Shown: positions 41,100 through 54,479 of the stretch, in pieces
Layout of the letters: each line of letters opens with the position of its first letter
Position numbering within the stretch: position 1 is the first letter of the stretch
Assembly: GCF_036365525.1 (NCBI RefSeq)
Contig: NC_090392.1
Span: 72,370,345 to 72,434,344, forward strand
Direction of reading: 5' to 3'
From: Heterodontus francisci
Taxonomy: Eukaryota
Length of the DNA stretch: 64,000 nt
Program-made: the position numbers and the translations under genes
The notes under the pieces: model-generated
Database searches by the model: none
Told to the model about the DNA's origin: nothing
What the model saw: only the letters and a program-made list of their open reading frames with translations

Positions 41100-42218
41100 T
41101 TGTACTTCGATTTCCAGAAGGCATTTGATAAGGTGTCACATCAAAGGTTTTTGCAGAAAATGAAAGCTCATGGTGTGGGGGTAACATTTTGGCATGGATA
41201 GAAGATTGGCGAGCTAACAGGAAACAGAGAGTAGGCATAAATGGGTCATTTTCTGGTTGGAAGATGTAACGAGTGGTGTGTCACAGGAATCAGTGCTGGG
41301 GCCTCGACCTTTTACAATTTATATAAATGATTTGGATGAAGATAGGTAGGAAAATAAGTTGTGAAGAGGGCATAAGGAGGGTACAAAGAGATATAGATTG
41401 GTTAAGTGGGTGGGCAAAGATCTGGCAAATGGAGTACAATGTGGGAAAATGTGAAATTGTCCATTTTGGCAGGAAGAATAAAAAAGAACCATATTATCTC
41501 AATGGTGAGAGGTTGCAGAGTTCTGAGATGCAGAGGGATCTGGGTGTCCTAGTACATGAATCGCAGAAGGCTAGTATGCGGGTACAGCACCTAATTGGGA
41601 AAGCTAATACAATGTTATCATTTATTGTGAGGGGAATTGAATACAGAAATAGGTAGGTTATGTTTCAGTTATACAGGGCATTGGTGAGATCACATCTGGA
41701 GTACTGTGTACAGTATTGATCTCCTTCTTTAAGTAAGGTTATAAATGTGTTGGAAGCAGTTCAGAGAAGACTTCCTGGATTAATACCTGGAATGGGTGGG
41801 TTGTCTTATGAGGAAAGGTTGAACAGGCTAGGCTTATAGTTGCTGGAGTTTGGAAGAGTAAGAGGCGACTTGATTGAAACATACTAGATCCTGGATGCTG
41901 AAAGCATATTTCCCCTTGTGGGAGAATCTAGAACTGGGGGTCACTGTTTAACATTTAAGACAGAGATGAGCAGAAATTTTTTCTCTCAGAGGGCCATGTG
42001 TCTTTGGAACTCTCTTCCTCAAAAGGTGATGGAAGCAGAGTCTTTGAATATTTTTAAGGCTGAGGTAGATAGATTCTTGATAAGTAATTGGGTGAAAGGT
42101 AATCAGGAGTCGGCAGAAATGTAGAGTTGAGGTTACAATCAGATCAGCCATGATCTCATTGGCGGAGCAGGCTTGAAGGGCCGAGTGGCCTACTCCTGTT
42201 ACTAGTTTGTATGTTCGT
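41100..42218 (+). mobile_element. 5'-truncated CR1 LINE
   Basis: WQMEYNVGKCEIVHFG and LWNSLPQ fragments. Confidence 0.9.
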
Positions 42219-43749
42219 AATCATGCTGACTTGGTAAAACTCTTATGACAGAGTCTGGAAACAATGGAAGATTACACAATTACCATGCTCTGCACAGTAC
42301 TCTGACCATTCCTTTTCCTTTGGATATACCTAAGTGGAGAACGGAGCACATGAACATGAAGACAATTGCTACTAGTTAGCTAATGTCAAGCATAGGTTTT
42401 AAGGATCTATATATTGTACAGGATATGGGGAGAGTTGGGAGAGAAACTGATGGAAGACGTGGGTTCAGAGTTAGGGCTTGTGTGCGAGGGAAGAGGAAGC
42501 AGCAGAGGGAGCTCGACCTATGGTATCAATCTTGGTTACAAAGAAGTCCATTATTGGAGGTGAGGGGGTGGGGCACAGAGGGTAAAGGAGTCAGGTGGGA
42601 GTGGAGGAAAGAAGGCAGAGATTATTTTGATGTCCAGAATGATTCTGGAGTAGTGGGCAGTTTTTGTGAAGGCGAGGCCAACTAGTGCTTGATATGGTCC
42701 AGCCACATCTGATGATGGATGGCTAAACCAGTTGTGCACCAGATACGCTCAACTCTGCTTCCCTTAGACCTGAGTGAGTGAAGATGGGGACCATACCGTG
42801 GAACGAGTGGACTGGGGGAAAGTGAAGGTTTTACCGGGGAACAAGAGATCAGACATGGAAGCAAGGGAATGGTTCAACTCCGCACAGATCAGGGATGGAA
42901 CCTGGAGCTGTTTTTCAGTAAGGTTTAGTACCTACTGACCATTCGAAGTGTTCCTCCATCTTACAATCTTAAACATTCTGTGTATTTTCAAGTGTGCTCC
43001 TCAATGTCAGTAATAATTTTAATATTGTATTTGTGTCTGTAAAGCACATTTATGAGACACAGCTTGTTGTTACTAATGAACACGATAACCATGACAGAGA
43101 AACCCTATGTCAATATAATTGAGGATTAACCACATCGTCACACTTTTCATCCATTAACCACTTAGCCAGAAATGTAAATCCTACCATATGTGATCTAAAA
43201 TCAACCTGCATCTACTCCCGCAGCAGATTGAATTGCACTATTGCACTTGGAGGTAATTTTAACCTAAACCCCTGCACCCCTCGCAGGAAACTGATGGATC
43301 ATTTGAACGCTGTTTTTACAAACTGCCCTGATTTTCATGTGCATGAAAGTCAGTTGAAAGCAAAATCGGACGGGGAGTAAAAACAGGATCCGACTTGAAA
43401 CAGTCAGATTCCTTCCGGACAGAATAAGTTAAAATTACCCCATAATATTCATTTTATCTGTTCCAAAGACACAGGCTACATGAAGGAGAAAACAAATTGC
43501 AGGGATATCGGGAAGGAACGGGAGAGTGGGACTTTGCTCTTTGAAACAGCTGGCACAGACGCAATGGGCTGAATGTCTGTACTATTCTATGTTTCTAGGA
43601 TGTGACCTGATGTAATGTGGTGATATAGCATGACTCCAATCAATTCCACTTGTCCTGCTTAGGGGCTGTACTGTTTTAACTTTATTATTGAGAACGGGAG
43701 TTTTCAGAAGTCTTCACTCCAACTTTACTTTGGATTTACTTCTCTCAAG

Positions 43750-43996
43750 GACAGGGCTGTTTGCAGCAAATTTACAGTCAGCCACAGATATAATTGTCCA
43801 CAGTGGTAACTAGCTTACTGTTTAATTAGATTAGAGAGACATGGAACTGGTAAATTTGTTCTGTTTGCCAGAAGCAAACACGGAGAGGTCAAAAATCTTG
43901 ATAATTGATTCTACGTTTCCATCAAGTTAATAAACCTCAGAAATTTGAGGATCAGAAAGCAGCCGCACTGTGGGCAGGAGGACTAATTTGACCCAG
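43750..43996 (+). promoter_or_regulatory. Putative promoter and non-coding exon 1 of gene 3 (lacks the paired-GATA cassette)
   Basis: Homologous to 18740-19051 with a 65-bp deletion; donor CAG|GTAAGA after 43996. Confidence 0.6.
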
Positions 43997-44423
43997 GTAA
44001 GAGATGCTTCTTCAGTTTCCCGAGATTTCAACAGCAGTGCATGAAAACCAGTAAAATTACAAGAATATGTTCTTCAGTGACAGTTCAATGAAAAACTTTT
44101 TGATATCCAATTTTGTTCAGGTCCCCAAATGGCTGTGTGGTTAAGTTCCCAATATGGCATTGAGCCACATAGGCTGGGAGTTAAATTGATTTAATTTATG
44201 CCCAAATGTAAAAGGACTGAGTGCTAATCCGCTGAATCACATAGACCTAATGCTGAGCACTTTCTCATCCAGATACTGCAGCAATATATAAATATGCTTG
44301 TATATGTTTTTGTTGGAATTATTGTCACCAAGCATTAATACATTTATTGGTGTTAGGCATGAAAAGGAGCAACCTTTAGACATCAGTTAAAAAATTATAT
44401 TTCCCTACATTTAATATTAGTAA

Positions 44424-45599
44424 CTAGCAGAGACCCGCAAAACATTTGTGGTCAAATCAGTACCTTTATTGCAATTGCACTTCTTTAAATACAGGATTTC
44501 TAGTTATTCTTTCACCAAAAACTTCAACAGAATCAAAACTTCTCACTCTGTAAAAAGCTCCATGAAGCTGTCCATGTGTAAAAACACACCTCGGAATAGA
44601 AATACAAATTTTGTCAAGCGTCCGGCCTTGTCACTTATTTATAGTCAAGGAATATGAAAATCTAATTGGGAAATATTTTCTCTTGAGTTGAAAAGGCGGG
44701 TTTACATCTGCTGGGCTCAATATTATTTGAGGAATAAACAGTTTATTTCCTCGAAATCTGCCTGTTACAATTTCAGCATCTAACATTAAAGAAAAGAGTT
44801 TCCTAACTACCAGTCTTGTTCCATTACAAAGTCCTTGTTTAGGATTCAAGTTTTGTAGCAACATTAAAACTGCTGCTTCCTTGAGACTATGTTTGTGTGG
44901 TGGTATGCCCATTGGAGTTAGACCATGCAGAAACTCTGGAGGGTACAGACTGTTATCATCTTCTTTGTCTATAGAATCAACACTGATGTATTCTGTTAAT
45001 TCATCTGACAGCTTTTCATTCAAATCTGGGGAATCTTCATTTTTAGCACAAAGAATAGCTTTCAAATAATAAGTTGTACCAAATAATTGTCCCTGCCGTT
45101 TTGCCACACTTAACCAATTCCATCATCTTATTCACCCCTCCCATGCCACCCCCATGCTATCCCCTCCCTCCAATGACATCCCCATCCCCATCCCATGCCA
45201 TTCCATCTTTCCCATGCCATCCCTCTCATGCCATCCACATCCCATTTCTTCTATCTCTTTCATGTCATCCCCATCGGGCTCTTTCCATCCCCATCCATCT
45301 CATCAATCCCATCCTATCCCTCATGGAACCAATCTCTCCAGCCCGGGTGTTTTTGCTGTTGGGTTCCTGTTACTATCCGCTGTTTTTATTCTCCACCAAA
45401 CTCCCCCACCCTGCTGCTGCCACCGCCACCAGCCATTGGCTGCCACACGTGCATCACGCACTCCAGTCCTCCACTTGCCCCTTGTGCCTCTGCATGCACC
45501 AGGCACCGTCCACCGAATAAACCCACCAACAGAGTGCTCTTTAAACTGACCAATCAAAACAGTCCAGACAGACAAAAACAAAAATATTATTATTATAGA
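44424..45599 (-). mobile_element. Non-autonomous Helitron carrying a PIF1-like helicase fragment
   Basis: Minus strand: 5' TCTATAATAATAA, 3' hairpin GACCACAAA..TTTGCGGGTC then CTAG, inserted between A and T; ORF 44631-45107 has GLCNGTRL and FPIRFSYSLTINK; empty site in copy A (~20660). Confidence 0.92.
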
Positions 45600-46510
45600 T
45601 TGCAGAAAATGAATGGGTTAATTGTAGATTTTTTTTATATTTAAAAGCCGGCTGTATGTATTCTTTTTACAATAATTCTTGTGTCATTATCTATGGCCTG
45701 TACAACAGACACAGTTTCATTAAAAATGACTGTTGTTGAGAGGGTTCTAATGTGCAGTGACGAATGTCCAATGAAAAGAGACAAAATAACTTCCTGACAA
45801 TTTGAGAAGGTTTGAAGTGATCACACTAGAACCATCCCCCTGATTTGGGGGCAGAGTGGAAGTTTCATGAGACACGAGCATTTTTGGAAGAAGAGAAGAC
45901 CAGCAGGAATTTGAAAGATTAGCAGCTTATTCACCTCAATAGATGATGGTAGGCAGTTCTAGGGAGTGAACACCTTTCCCAAAGTATTCTCACCCAGTGT
46001 CAGCTACATGCATCCAGTTCAGTACAGAACCGTAAACTGCACAAAATATCCTTTTACTCTGCTCCAGTCTTGGGAAAAACACTCTCTCCTGTTTTAGTGT
46101 GAATATTTCCACTTCTCACACCAGTCTATCCCATGGCCTGTCTGAAGAAGATTGCTAATTTTTGTCCGACCTTCAAACTCCTAGGAAGAGGAGCACTATC
46201 CAGGTAGTCTACATCCATACTGATCAGTTGCAAATAGTAGACCTTGTAGAGTTATTACTGACTAGAACTGAAGAGCAGTTAGGTTAATAGGTTAAACTAA
46301 TGATATGACACAAGGTAAAAATTGTGACGAAGAAGGGAAGCCATTTATCCGCAGCCCAATAGAACTGTGGAATAAGTTACCATGAAAAGACTTGAAAATA
46401 GGGGAGATGCTTTTGGTACATTGGGTTGTCGTCTAGTAGCTGGTAGGCTACCTCTTTCACATAAAAACCGAATAACCAACAGAGAGGAACAGAGAGCAAG
46501 ACTTTCACAT

Positions 46511-46903
46511 TAAAGCATGGCTACCCGACCTGAACCCAACCAGACCCGAAGACATTTGTTGGGTTCGGGTCAGGTCGGGTCTCTTTTCCGGGTCCGGCAT
46601 TCGGGCTCTGGTCAGCTCGGGCTGGACACGGACACGGTGCTGCCTTGCTCAGGGAGGGAAGTATTCTTCAAAATTTGAACATTCAGCCGGGACATCAAGA
46701 CGGGGATCGTGCTGCCAGAGTGGAGGATCACAACATTTGGAAAAGGTAGAGCACAATAACCTGTTTAATTTAATTAACTTTATTACAATAGTCGGGTCGG
46801 GTCAGGTCGGGCTCGGGAAAAAAATCAATGGACTCGGGCCTGGGTCGGGTCGGGTTGGATGTGGTCGGGTCGGGTTTCAATTTCACACCCGGGTGGGCCT
46901 TTA
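46511..46903. mobile_element. hAT-like MITE with CCCGA/TCGGG subterminal repeats
   Basis: TAAAG...CTTTA ends, 8-bp TSD-like TTTCACAT / TTTCATAC, empty site in copy A (~21577). Confidence 0.75.
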
Positions 46904-47594
46904 TTTCATACTATCAGTCCAGGGTAGATTTGGACTCAAATTCTACAGTAAGCAGTCAGTCGCATTTACTCAAACTCAAATGAAGGAAATAGGTAAAAAT
47001 AGGGAAAAATTCCAAAAAGATGTCAGAAACTCTAAATATTATTAATGCGTTCATGTATTTTTACCTATTTGCATTCTCTAAATTTTTTTTAAAATTGGGA
47101 GTCCAAGGAACAATGGTGGAGGCTGACAGCAAGCGTTACAAGGTTAAACAAAAGAAATTGGGGATTAGGTGAGACCACGCTTGAGTTTTATAAGCCTGAT
47201 TGCAGGAAGAGGCAAAGACTTGGGAAAGAGGAAGTTCCACAGTTTTGCTGTGCTGCGAAAGAAATATCTGGAAAAATTAAAAGGGTGAGCAGAAAAGTAA
47301 ACATTAAAATTGATTATAAGAATGAGATGGCAGGGAGAATAGAAATGGGTCTGTCAACTACCCAGGATCTGGGAAAATCTTATCTTCCATCAGACACCTA
47401 TGAGTTACTCCAGTGACTTGAACAAACCAAACTATAATCTTCACTACTTATCTAATTCTATATTTACTTTGTATGTTTGGTAATGAATTGTATGGATGAT
47501 AATGAGCTCTCTATTCCGTAAATTGTTGTAAATATAATGATTATATACATTTAATTCTCTAGCCTTCACAGTGGTTTGAGGACCGGACACCATC

Positions 47595-47637
47595 ATGAAG
47601 ATATTTGCAGTTACTTTGGTACTCCTTGTGGTCAAAG
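47595..47637 (+). CDS. Apolipoprotein-like gene 3 (213 aa), signal-peptide exon MKIFAVTLVLLVVK (identical to gene 2)
   Basis: Acceptor ending at 47571, 43 coding nt, G|GTAAAA donor. Confidence 0.9.
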
Positions 47638-49096
47638 GTAAAAAACAAAAACTCTTCAAACTAACACAAAACACAATGAACATTGAAAAGAAAACAATAC
47701 TGTAGAAAATCACAGCAATATACAATATATAACATTGACACTTTCAGTTTGTAGCTTCCATTGCCTGTGTAGTGCAGGGAGCACATGGCACTATAGATAA
47801 GAACATATGCAATGCAGTACATTACAACAACTATGTCCTAGATTGCTGAGTAGCAGAATGCAAGCTCAATTCTTCCATAGATGAGGTACATTAGTGCTGG
47901 GATCAAACATTTCTCCACATTTTGCACTATATATCAGCATTCGGCAATCCCACCTCAGCACAGAGTGAGCCAGATGCAAACTTAAGCTACCTACAATCTA
48001 CCCCCATGCATTCATCAGGATGAAGGACATTAGTGCTGGAGAATGGAGCACATTCCTTTCAATTATCCATTGAGTTTATGATTGAAGCTGTATTGCTAAA
48101 TGGGATGAATTCAATGGAAGCATCTCTCTATAGGAGGAGCAGAAAGTGAACAAAGGCCCTTCCTCAAGCACATCTTGGTGCAGCCAGCTTAAAATGGCCT
48201 TGGTAAGATTATGGAAACCAGGGTCACCTAACATGTGACCCAGTTGGACTGGAGGTGATGTCAAATGATCTACTGCTAGACCACACTCTGTGGGCCAAGA
48301 CAATGCCATGGCTTTGATTGACATCTATAGATATAAACAAACACATTAAGAGGAAAATGTTATAAATTACTGATTTTTTCCCCCCCAAATTGGTTATTTT
48401 TATGAAATGGACCAGAATTAAAGCAAATCTCTTTAACGTGGGTCTTCAATTCTTCTTCATGTAAGGGCATCTTCAAAATGAATTGCCGTGGGATTCATTT
48501 TTGATGCTGCTGTGAGGGAATGCTGCCTTGTCCTTTAGATAAGACATTAGACTGACACCCTGGCTATTTGGGTAGTGCAAGATCCCAGGACAGTATCCAA
48601 AGAAAGGCTGCAAGTTTTTCCAGTGTCCTGGCCAACAGTTCTCCCTCCAGCATGCTTCTTCAAAACATTCATTCTTCATTCGTTCTCCTCATTGCTGTTT
48701 TTGGGATCTTGCTGTGCACAGCATGGCTGCCTCAAAGTAATTAGCTGCATGTGAAGGGCTTTGTGATGTTTTGATGAGGTGAACATGCTTGTTTATTATG
48801 TTTGATGTTAGAAATGTGTGACTAGCACTTGGGTCACAACACTTGATCCGAGTAACCCTGGGCAAGGGAGAGCAAGAGCTTCTGCTCCTCATTGCTATAC
48901 AGCACCCTCGGCTGCAAGGTGTGTCTATGGACATCAACCTGTCCTACAGCAAGGATCATGTCTTCAGGAGAGGAGACTGAGGGAAAAAATACACAAATTA
49001 ATAATGGCATCAGGGAGGTAGGTACTCATACCATCTTTATAATAATCATGCATAAAAAGAAGCACTAATCAGTTTTTTTTCTATGTTCTTGCCCAG

Positions 49097-49250
49097 TAAT
49101 CCAGGGTGGTGTCATCCCTCGGGATGAATCCATATCCAACAAATCTATACACTTGCAGCTAAACTATCTGAAGTTATTAGAAAAAGGATTTGATGCAGCT
49201 GGAGTTGTTCTTAGTGCCATTGCACAGACTGAGGTGGCCAAATCAGCTTT
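49097..49250 (+). CDS. Gene 3, coding exon 2 (IQGGVIPRDESISNKSIHLQLNYLKLLEKGFDAAGVVLSAIAQTEVAKSA)
   Basis: CCCAG acceptor, 154-nt open exon of the same length as in gene 2, TT|GTAAGT donor. Confidence 0.9.
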
Positions 49251-51253
49251 GTAAGTAGTTAACTACCAGCTATTAAAACTATCAAGCTATTTTCAAGTAG
49301 TTCTACCTTTGTCTCCTTCTTTTAAAATGCTCTTTAAAACCTACATCTTTGACCAAGGGGTACCTGTCCCAATATGAACTTATATGGCTCGGTATCAATT
49401 TTTCTTTGATAATGCTCCTGTGAAGCAACTTGTGACATTTAACTAATGTAAAGGCAGGATATAAATGCAAGTTGCCCTGTTTGTTATAATTGTAATTTAA
49501 GTCAGTTGGGGGATTCTTTTTTATTCATTCTGTGGATGTGGGCGTCGCTGGCCAGGCCAGCATTTATTGCCCATCCCTAAGTGCCCTTGAGAAGGTGGTG
49601 GTGAGCTGCCTTCTTGAATCATTGCAGTCCTTGGGGTGGAGGTGCACCAACAGTGCTGTTACACAAGTGGGCTGATTCCCCACTCATGTGGAACACGAGG
49701 CAGGAGATCATGCCCTCCGTAGCTTTGGAAGCTTCCCAACTGGCCAGATCAGGACAACAAGCAGCTGATCCCACTGAATTGACACGCAAATTCTAAACTT
49801 AGACAGTGCAGGTCCACAGAACACATTCTGTCAGTCATCAAAGACCAGCTATACGAGGGACCTCCAGTAGCGTCATTTAAAGGGCCAACCATCCAACTTG
49901 CAAAAAAGTATATTTAGACTGAGTTCTGTGGTTGTAAACTTTGTGGACATACTGTGGAGTGTTTTTGGGAGTGTTGCGATGAGTTACTGGATGTGGCATG
50001 GAAGGCCAAGCCTCCGACAGGTACGGGGGCTGCAGTTGCAGTGCTACTGGGTCTGTTTCCCAAATGGCCAGATCTGGCTGATTTGATGCGCAAATTCCAA
50101 ATGTGGACTGCATTCTCTGGTCACTCATCAAAGAACATACATTTGGCTACAAGAGGGAGTATCAGACCAAGTGACGGGGCCTCTTCATCTTCCTCCTTGG
50201 GCAGCTGTGGCTGGGCAGGTGGCATTAGTTGGGTGTGTGAAAGTAGAAAGTAGAAAATCAGAAAAGAGAGGTCGGAGCTGTGTGTGAGGCTGGCATCATT
50301 GGAATGTGTGTGAGGGTGAGGTGGAATATCTGAACGTTAGGCCTGAGTCCTGAGTGCTAGGGCTGCTGATGGTTGAGTGATAGGAGTGTGATACATTGGA
50401 CAGTGGAAGATGTTGAAGGTGCGATGGGTAGGAGATGTCCTTTGAAGATGCATTCACTGACCTGGACCACACGCATGAATTCAGGGAACGTATTGCGGCA
50501 CTGCTGTGAGCTCCTCGGGGCTAGACTCCGGGCAATGATCTCCATGGCCACCTGCTCTCATTTCCTTCTGAGGGTTTACCATGAGGGACTGCGGCTCCCT
50601 CGCAGAAACATCACCTCTCGACCTTCAGCACCAAGGAGCCCTCTCTCTTCTCTGGTGCTCCATTTGTCCAGCTCCTACATGCAGCCAGTGTCAGTGCAGG
50701 CAGTCAGCAGCAGCTCACAGTTGCCCTTTAAGAGAGGCAGACTGCCTTTAAAAGGAGCAGGCTGGCTGCACCACCTGCTATTAGTGCACGCTGCTCAGCC
50801 TCCTGCTGAGTGCGTTGGCAGCCAGCCACCTGAGTCTCATTCAGACCAATCAGGTAAATGAGGAGTCAGCACCAAGTTTGCGTGCTACCTGCCTCAATGG
50901 GAACGGGCTTGGGTGGGTCATGAATCACAACCCACTTGTCCAAAACCAGGTGGGGAACCATTTTTAGCTCTGGGTCCTTTTGTGTATTTGCATCACTCAA
51001 GGAGTGGGAAAAGCAGAGCAATGAATAGATAATAGCATTGAATAATCAGATGGTTTTGCTGCATTTAAGGGAGGCTTGCTGCATATTTGAGGGAGAAGGG
51101 AATAAAGGGTATGGGGCAGGGTGGGAGGCGTCTCGTGCGGAGTATAAACACTGGCATAGAGTTCCGAAAGACTTGTTTCAGTGCTGTAGATTCTATGCAA
51201 GTTTATGTAAATTGTCCAGACTTTGTAATATCTTTTTTTTTCCCTCTACAAAG

Positions 51254-51698
51254 GACGTACCTACCAGGTATTTCTAAATTTCACGGTGTACTCATTGGCA
51301 AACCAGTGCACGAGCTATCATTATTGACACAAGAACTCAAGTGGAAGGGGATCCCCATCAGAAATTATATTTCTAACCAGACCAGGATAATCTATGTTGC
51401 TGAACAGTTACATGAAATGATGGGCAAAGAAATGTCTGCTGCACTTATTCCGAAGCTGGATCAGGTCCGCCATGGTCTCCAGCATTACAGTAGGAACCTG
51501 AGCCTCATAGCTAATCGTTTTGATCAGACATTCAAGGGTGTTGCTCACAAATTGGAGAAATGGTACAAGAGGTCCACTCCTTACACTGACAAAATATATC
51601 AACTATTTCAAAAACTGAGCAACTACCTTCAACCTGCATTTCATAAGACCAAGGAAGGATTGAAAAAATTGTTAACTAAATGGAGTGAAGCAACATGA
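51254..51698 (+). CDS. Gene 3, last coding exon (cationic amphipathic apolipoprotein-like domain)
   Basis: CAAAG acceptor in frame with ORF 51087-51698; aligns to gene 2 (LKW.G.PI, NLSLIA.RF.QT, PYTD, L.NYL.P); spliced CDS 642 nt. Confidence 0.9.
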
Positions 51699-54479
51699 GC
51701 TGTGCCTTAAAATTATGCTTGATGGGCTCTGACACCAATGACGCTAATTAGGGCCAGAGAATATAAATTAAACTTCAAACCAATCATAATGTAACCAGCC
51801 CCCATTCTATATTGGTATTCATAATTAACATAAACATTTCAGTTACTGTGGCATAAAATGGCATGAACTAAATAGTAATTTTTTTATTTTTAAAACCAAC
51901 ATCATTTTTCAGTGAATGAATGGCCTCATTGACACTTCCTGGTGGCCCCCTGGATGTATGTTTTACCTGTAATATCATAACACAGACAATCCATTCAGCC
52001 AATCTGATGATGTCATATTATTCCCCCAATCAAATTAAATCACAAAAGCTATGAATCTGGAACCAATGACATATGAGTAGACTAATAACAAAATCTTAGT
52101 AACTAATAATATTAAAGCAGGATCTTACCTGTCCTTGGATTTTGTCTGTAATTGGATGTTCAAGCAGCTCGGGCTTTTGAAGTGATGCAGCAGGCAGGGG
52201 AAACATAAGAACATCAGAAATAGGAGCAGGAGTAGACGATATGGCCCATCGAACCTGCTCTGCCATTCAATGCGATCATTGGCTTCAACTCCACTTTCTT
52301 GGCCACGCCCCATATCCCTTGATTCCCTGAGAGACCAAACATTTGTCTATCTCAGCTTTAAATAAACAATGGAGCATCCACAACCCTCTGGGGTAGAGAA
52401 TTCCAAAGATTCACAACCCTTTGAGTGAAGAAATTTCTCCTCATCGCAGTCCTCAATGATTGGCCTTTACCCTGAGACTGTGCCACCGTGTTGACTCATC
52501 AAACCCTTCTGTACAGAGATCAGAAAATATAGAGTACACTGGCTGCAAAGGCACAGAGGGGGAGTAGCTGAAATGCAACAGTAGTTATTGCCCTTTCTTA
52601 ATAATCCCATCAAATGATAGAAACAAGTCCACAGCCAACTGGAATAGGATGCATGATATATTCTACTTTTAATCCTCTCTGTCTGTGTATGATTTGGAAA
52701 AATATTTACAAAATGCTGGGGCCATAGAAATACGTTCAACAGATCCAATTATCTCACTCATTCTTGATAAATCATATCCCCAACATTGTTCTCTCTGAAA
52801 ATATGCAACAACTTGAGATGCTTATTAGTAATTGCACTTATGTGTTAACATTAATAGGAATGTTGAATTATTTTCACATCATTAAAGGTTGCAAATGGAT
52901 TTTGAATGTGCTCAATAGCTTATATAGTGTATTCATCATATTACACAGAATAAAAGTGACATACTCAGAAGCAGTGTCATTTGTCCTAAGTATCTTAGCT
53001 GTTGATTAAAAGTAAGTGTTTAATGGGCCTGGGCTGCTGCATGGATAAATACACTATACAATGTGTGGTTCAGTTTAATAAGACAGTTAGCCTCAGCACC
53101 CTTGGTCACTTCCCATGATTTTTGCTCTATGTCATCAAGACCGCCCACTTCCACCCTCTACTCTGTCGCTGCCTCAGCTTATTTGCTACTGCAACCCTCA
53201 TCCTTTGTTACCTCAATGGTACCTCCCGCCTTCCACCCCCCCATAAACAGGACAAAGCAGCCCATTTGATCAGCACCCCATCCATCACTCCCTCCAGCAC
53301 TGACACACAGTGGCAGCAGTGTGTACCATCAACTGCACTGCAGCAACTCACCAAGGCTCCTTCGACAGCACCTTCCAATCCCGCGACGACTTTCACCTAG
53401 AAGGACAAGGGCAGCAAAGGCATGGGAACACCACCACCTGCCAGTTCCCCTCCCAAGTCCCACACCATCCTGACTTGGAACTATATCGCTGTTCCTTCAC
53501 TATCGCCATATCAAATTCCAGGAACACCCTCCCTAATAGCACTGTGGGTGTACCCACACCAGATGGACTGCTACAGTTCAGGAAGGCAGCTCCCCACCAC
53601 CTTCTCAAGGGCAATTTGAGATGGGCAACAAATGTGGGCCTTCCCAGTGACAAACACATCCCACAAAACAAATAAAAAAAACCTTGAGCTCATCCAAAAC
53701 TCTGCTGCCTTAATCCTAACTCACACCAATTACTGTTCACCCATCACCCCTGTGTTTGCTGACCTACATTGGCTCCCACTCAGGCAATGCCTCAATTTTA
53801 AATTCTCATCCTTGTCCTGCTACCTTCTTATGTAGCTCAGTGTTAAATTGTGTTTGATAATGCTCCTGTGAAGTACCTTGCGACCTTTTAGTTTGTTAAA
53901 GGCACCAAATAAATGCAAGCTGTTGAGGTTGAACAAGAACACTATTGGGTTTATGTGTGAGACCCTCCATGACCAGATAGTTTGCAGTGTATAGGCCCAC
54001 ATTAATGGTGGTCATTTTCTTTTCATTTGTGGGATGGTCATCACTGGCAAGGCCACCATTTATTGCCCATCCCTAATTGGCCTTGAACTGAGTGGCTTGC
54101 TAGGCCATTTAAGAGTCAACCACATTGCTGTAGAGTCACATGTAGGCCAGACCAGGTAAGGATGGCAGATTTCCTTCCACATTAGTGAACCAAATGGGTT
54201 TTTACAACAATCGACTAATTTCAGATTTATTAATTGAATTCAAATTTCACCATCTTCTGTGGTGGGATTCAAACCCATGTCTCCAGAACATTAGCTTGGG
54301 CTCTGTATTACTAGTCCAGTGACATTACCACTACACCACCGCCTCCCATTTGGGTCACATACTGATGATCTGTTTGTAGCCTTATCCTCCTCCAACCAAA
54401 TCCAATCCCAACATTCTTCTCGGGCACCACATTGGGATCAGGAAAATTCCTGCTATGGACTTAATTCATGAGTCCAAGG

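Noticed and set aside
45074-45644. Three overlapping Pro/His-rich ORFs
   Set aside because: CCAT-rich low-complexity DNA inside the Helitron
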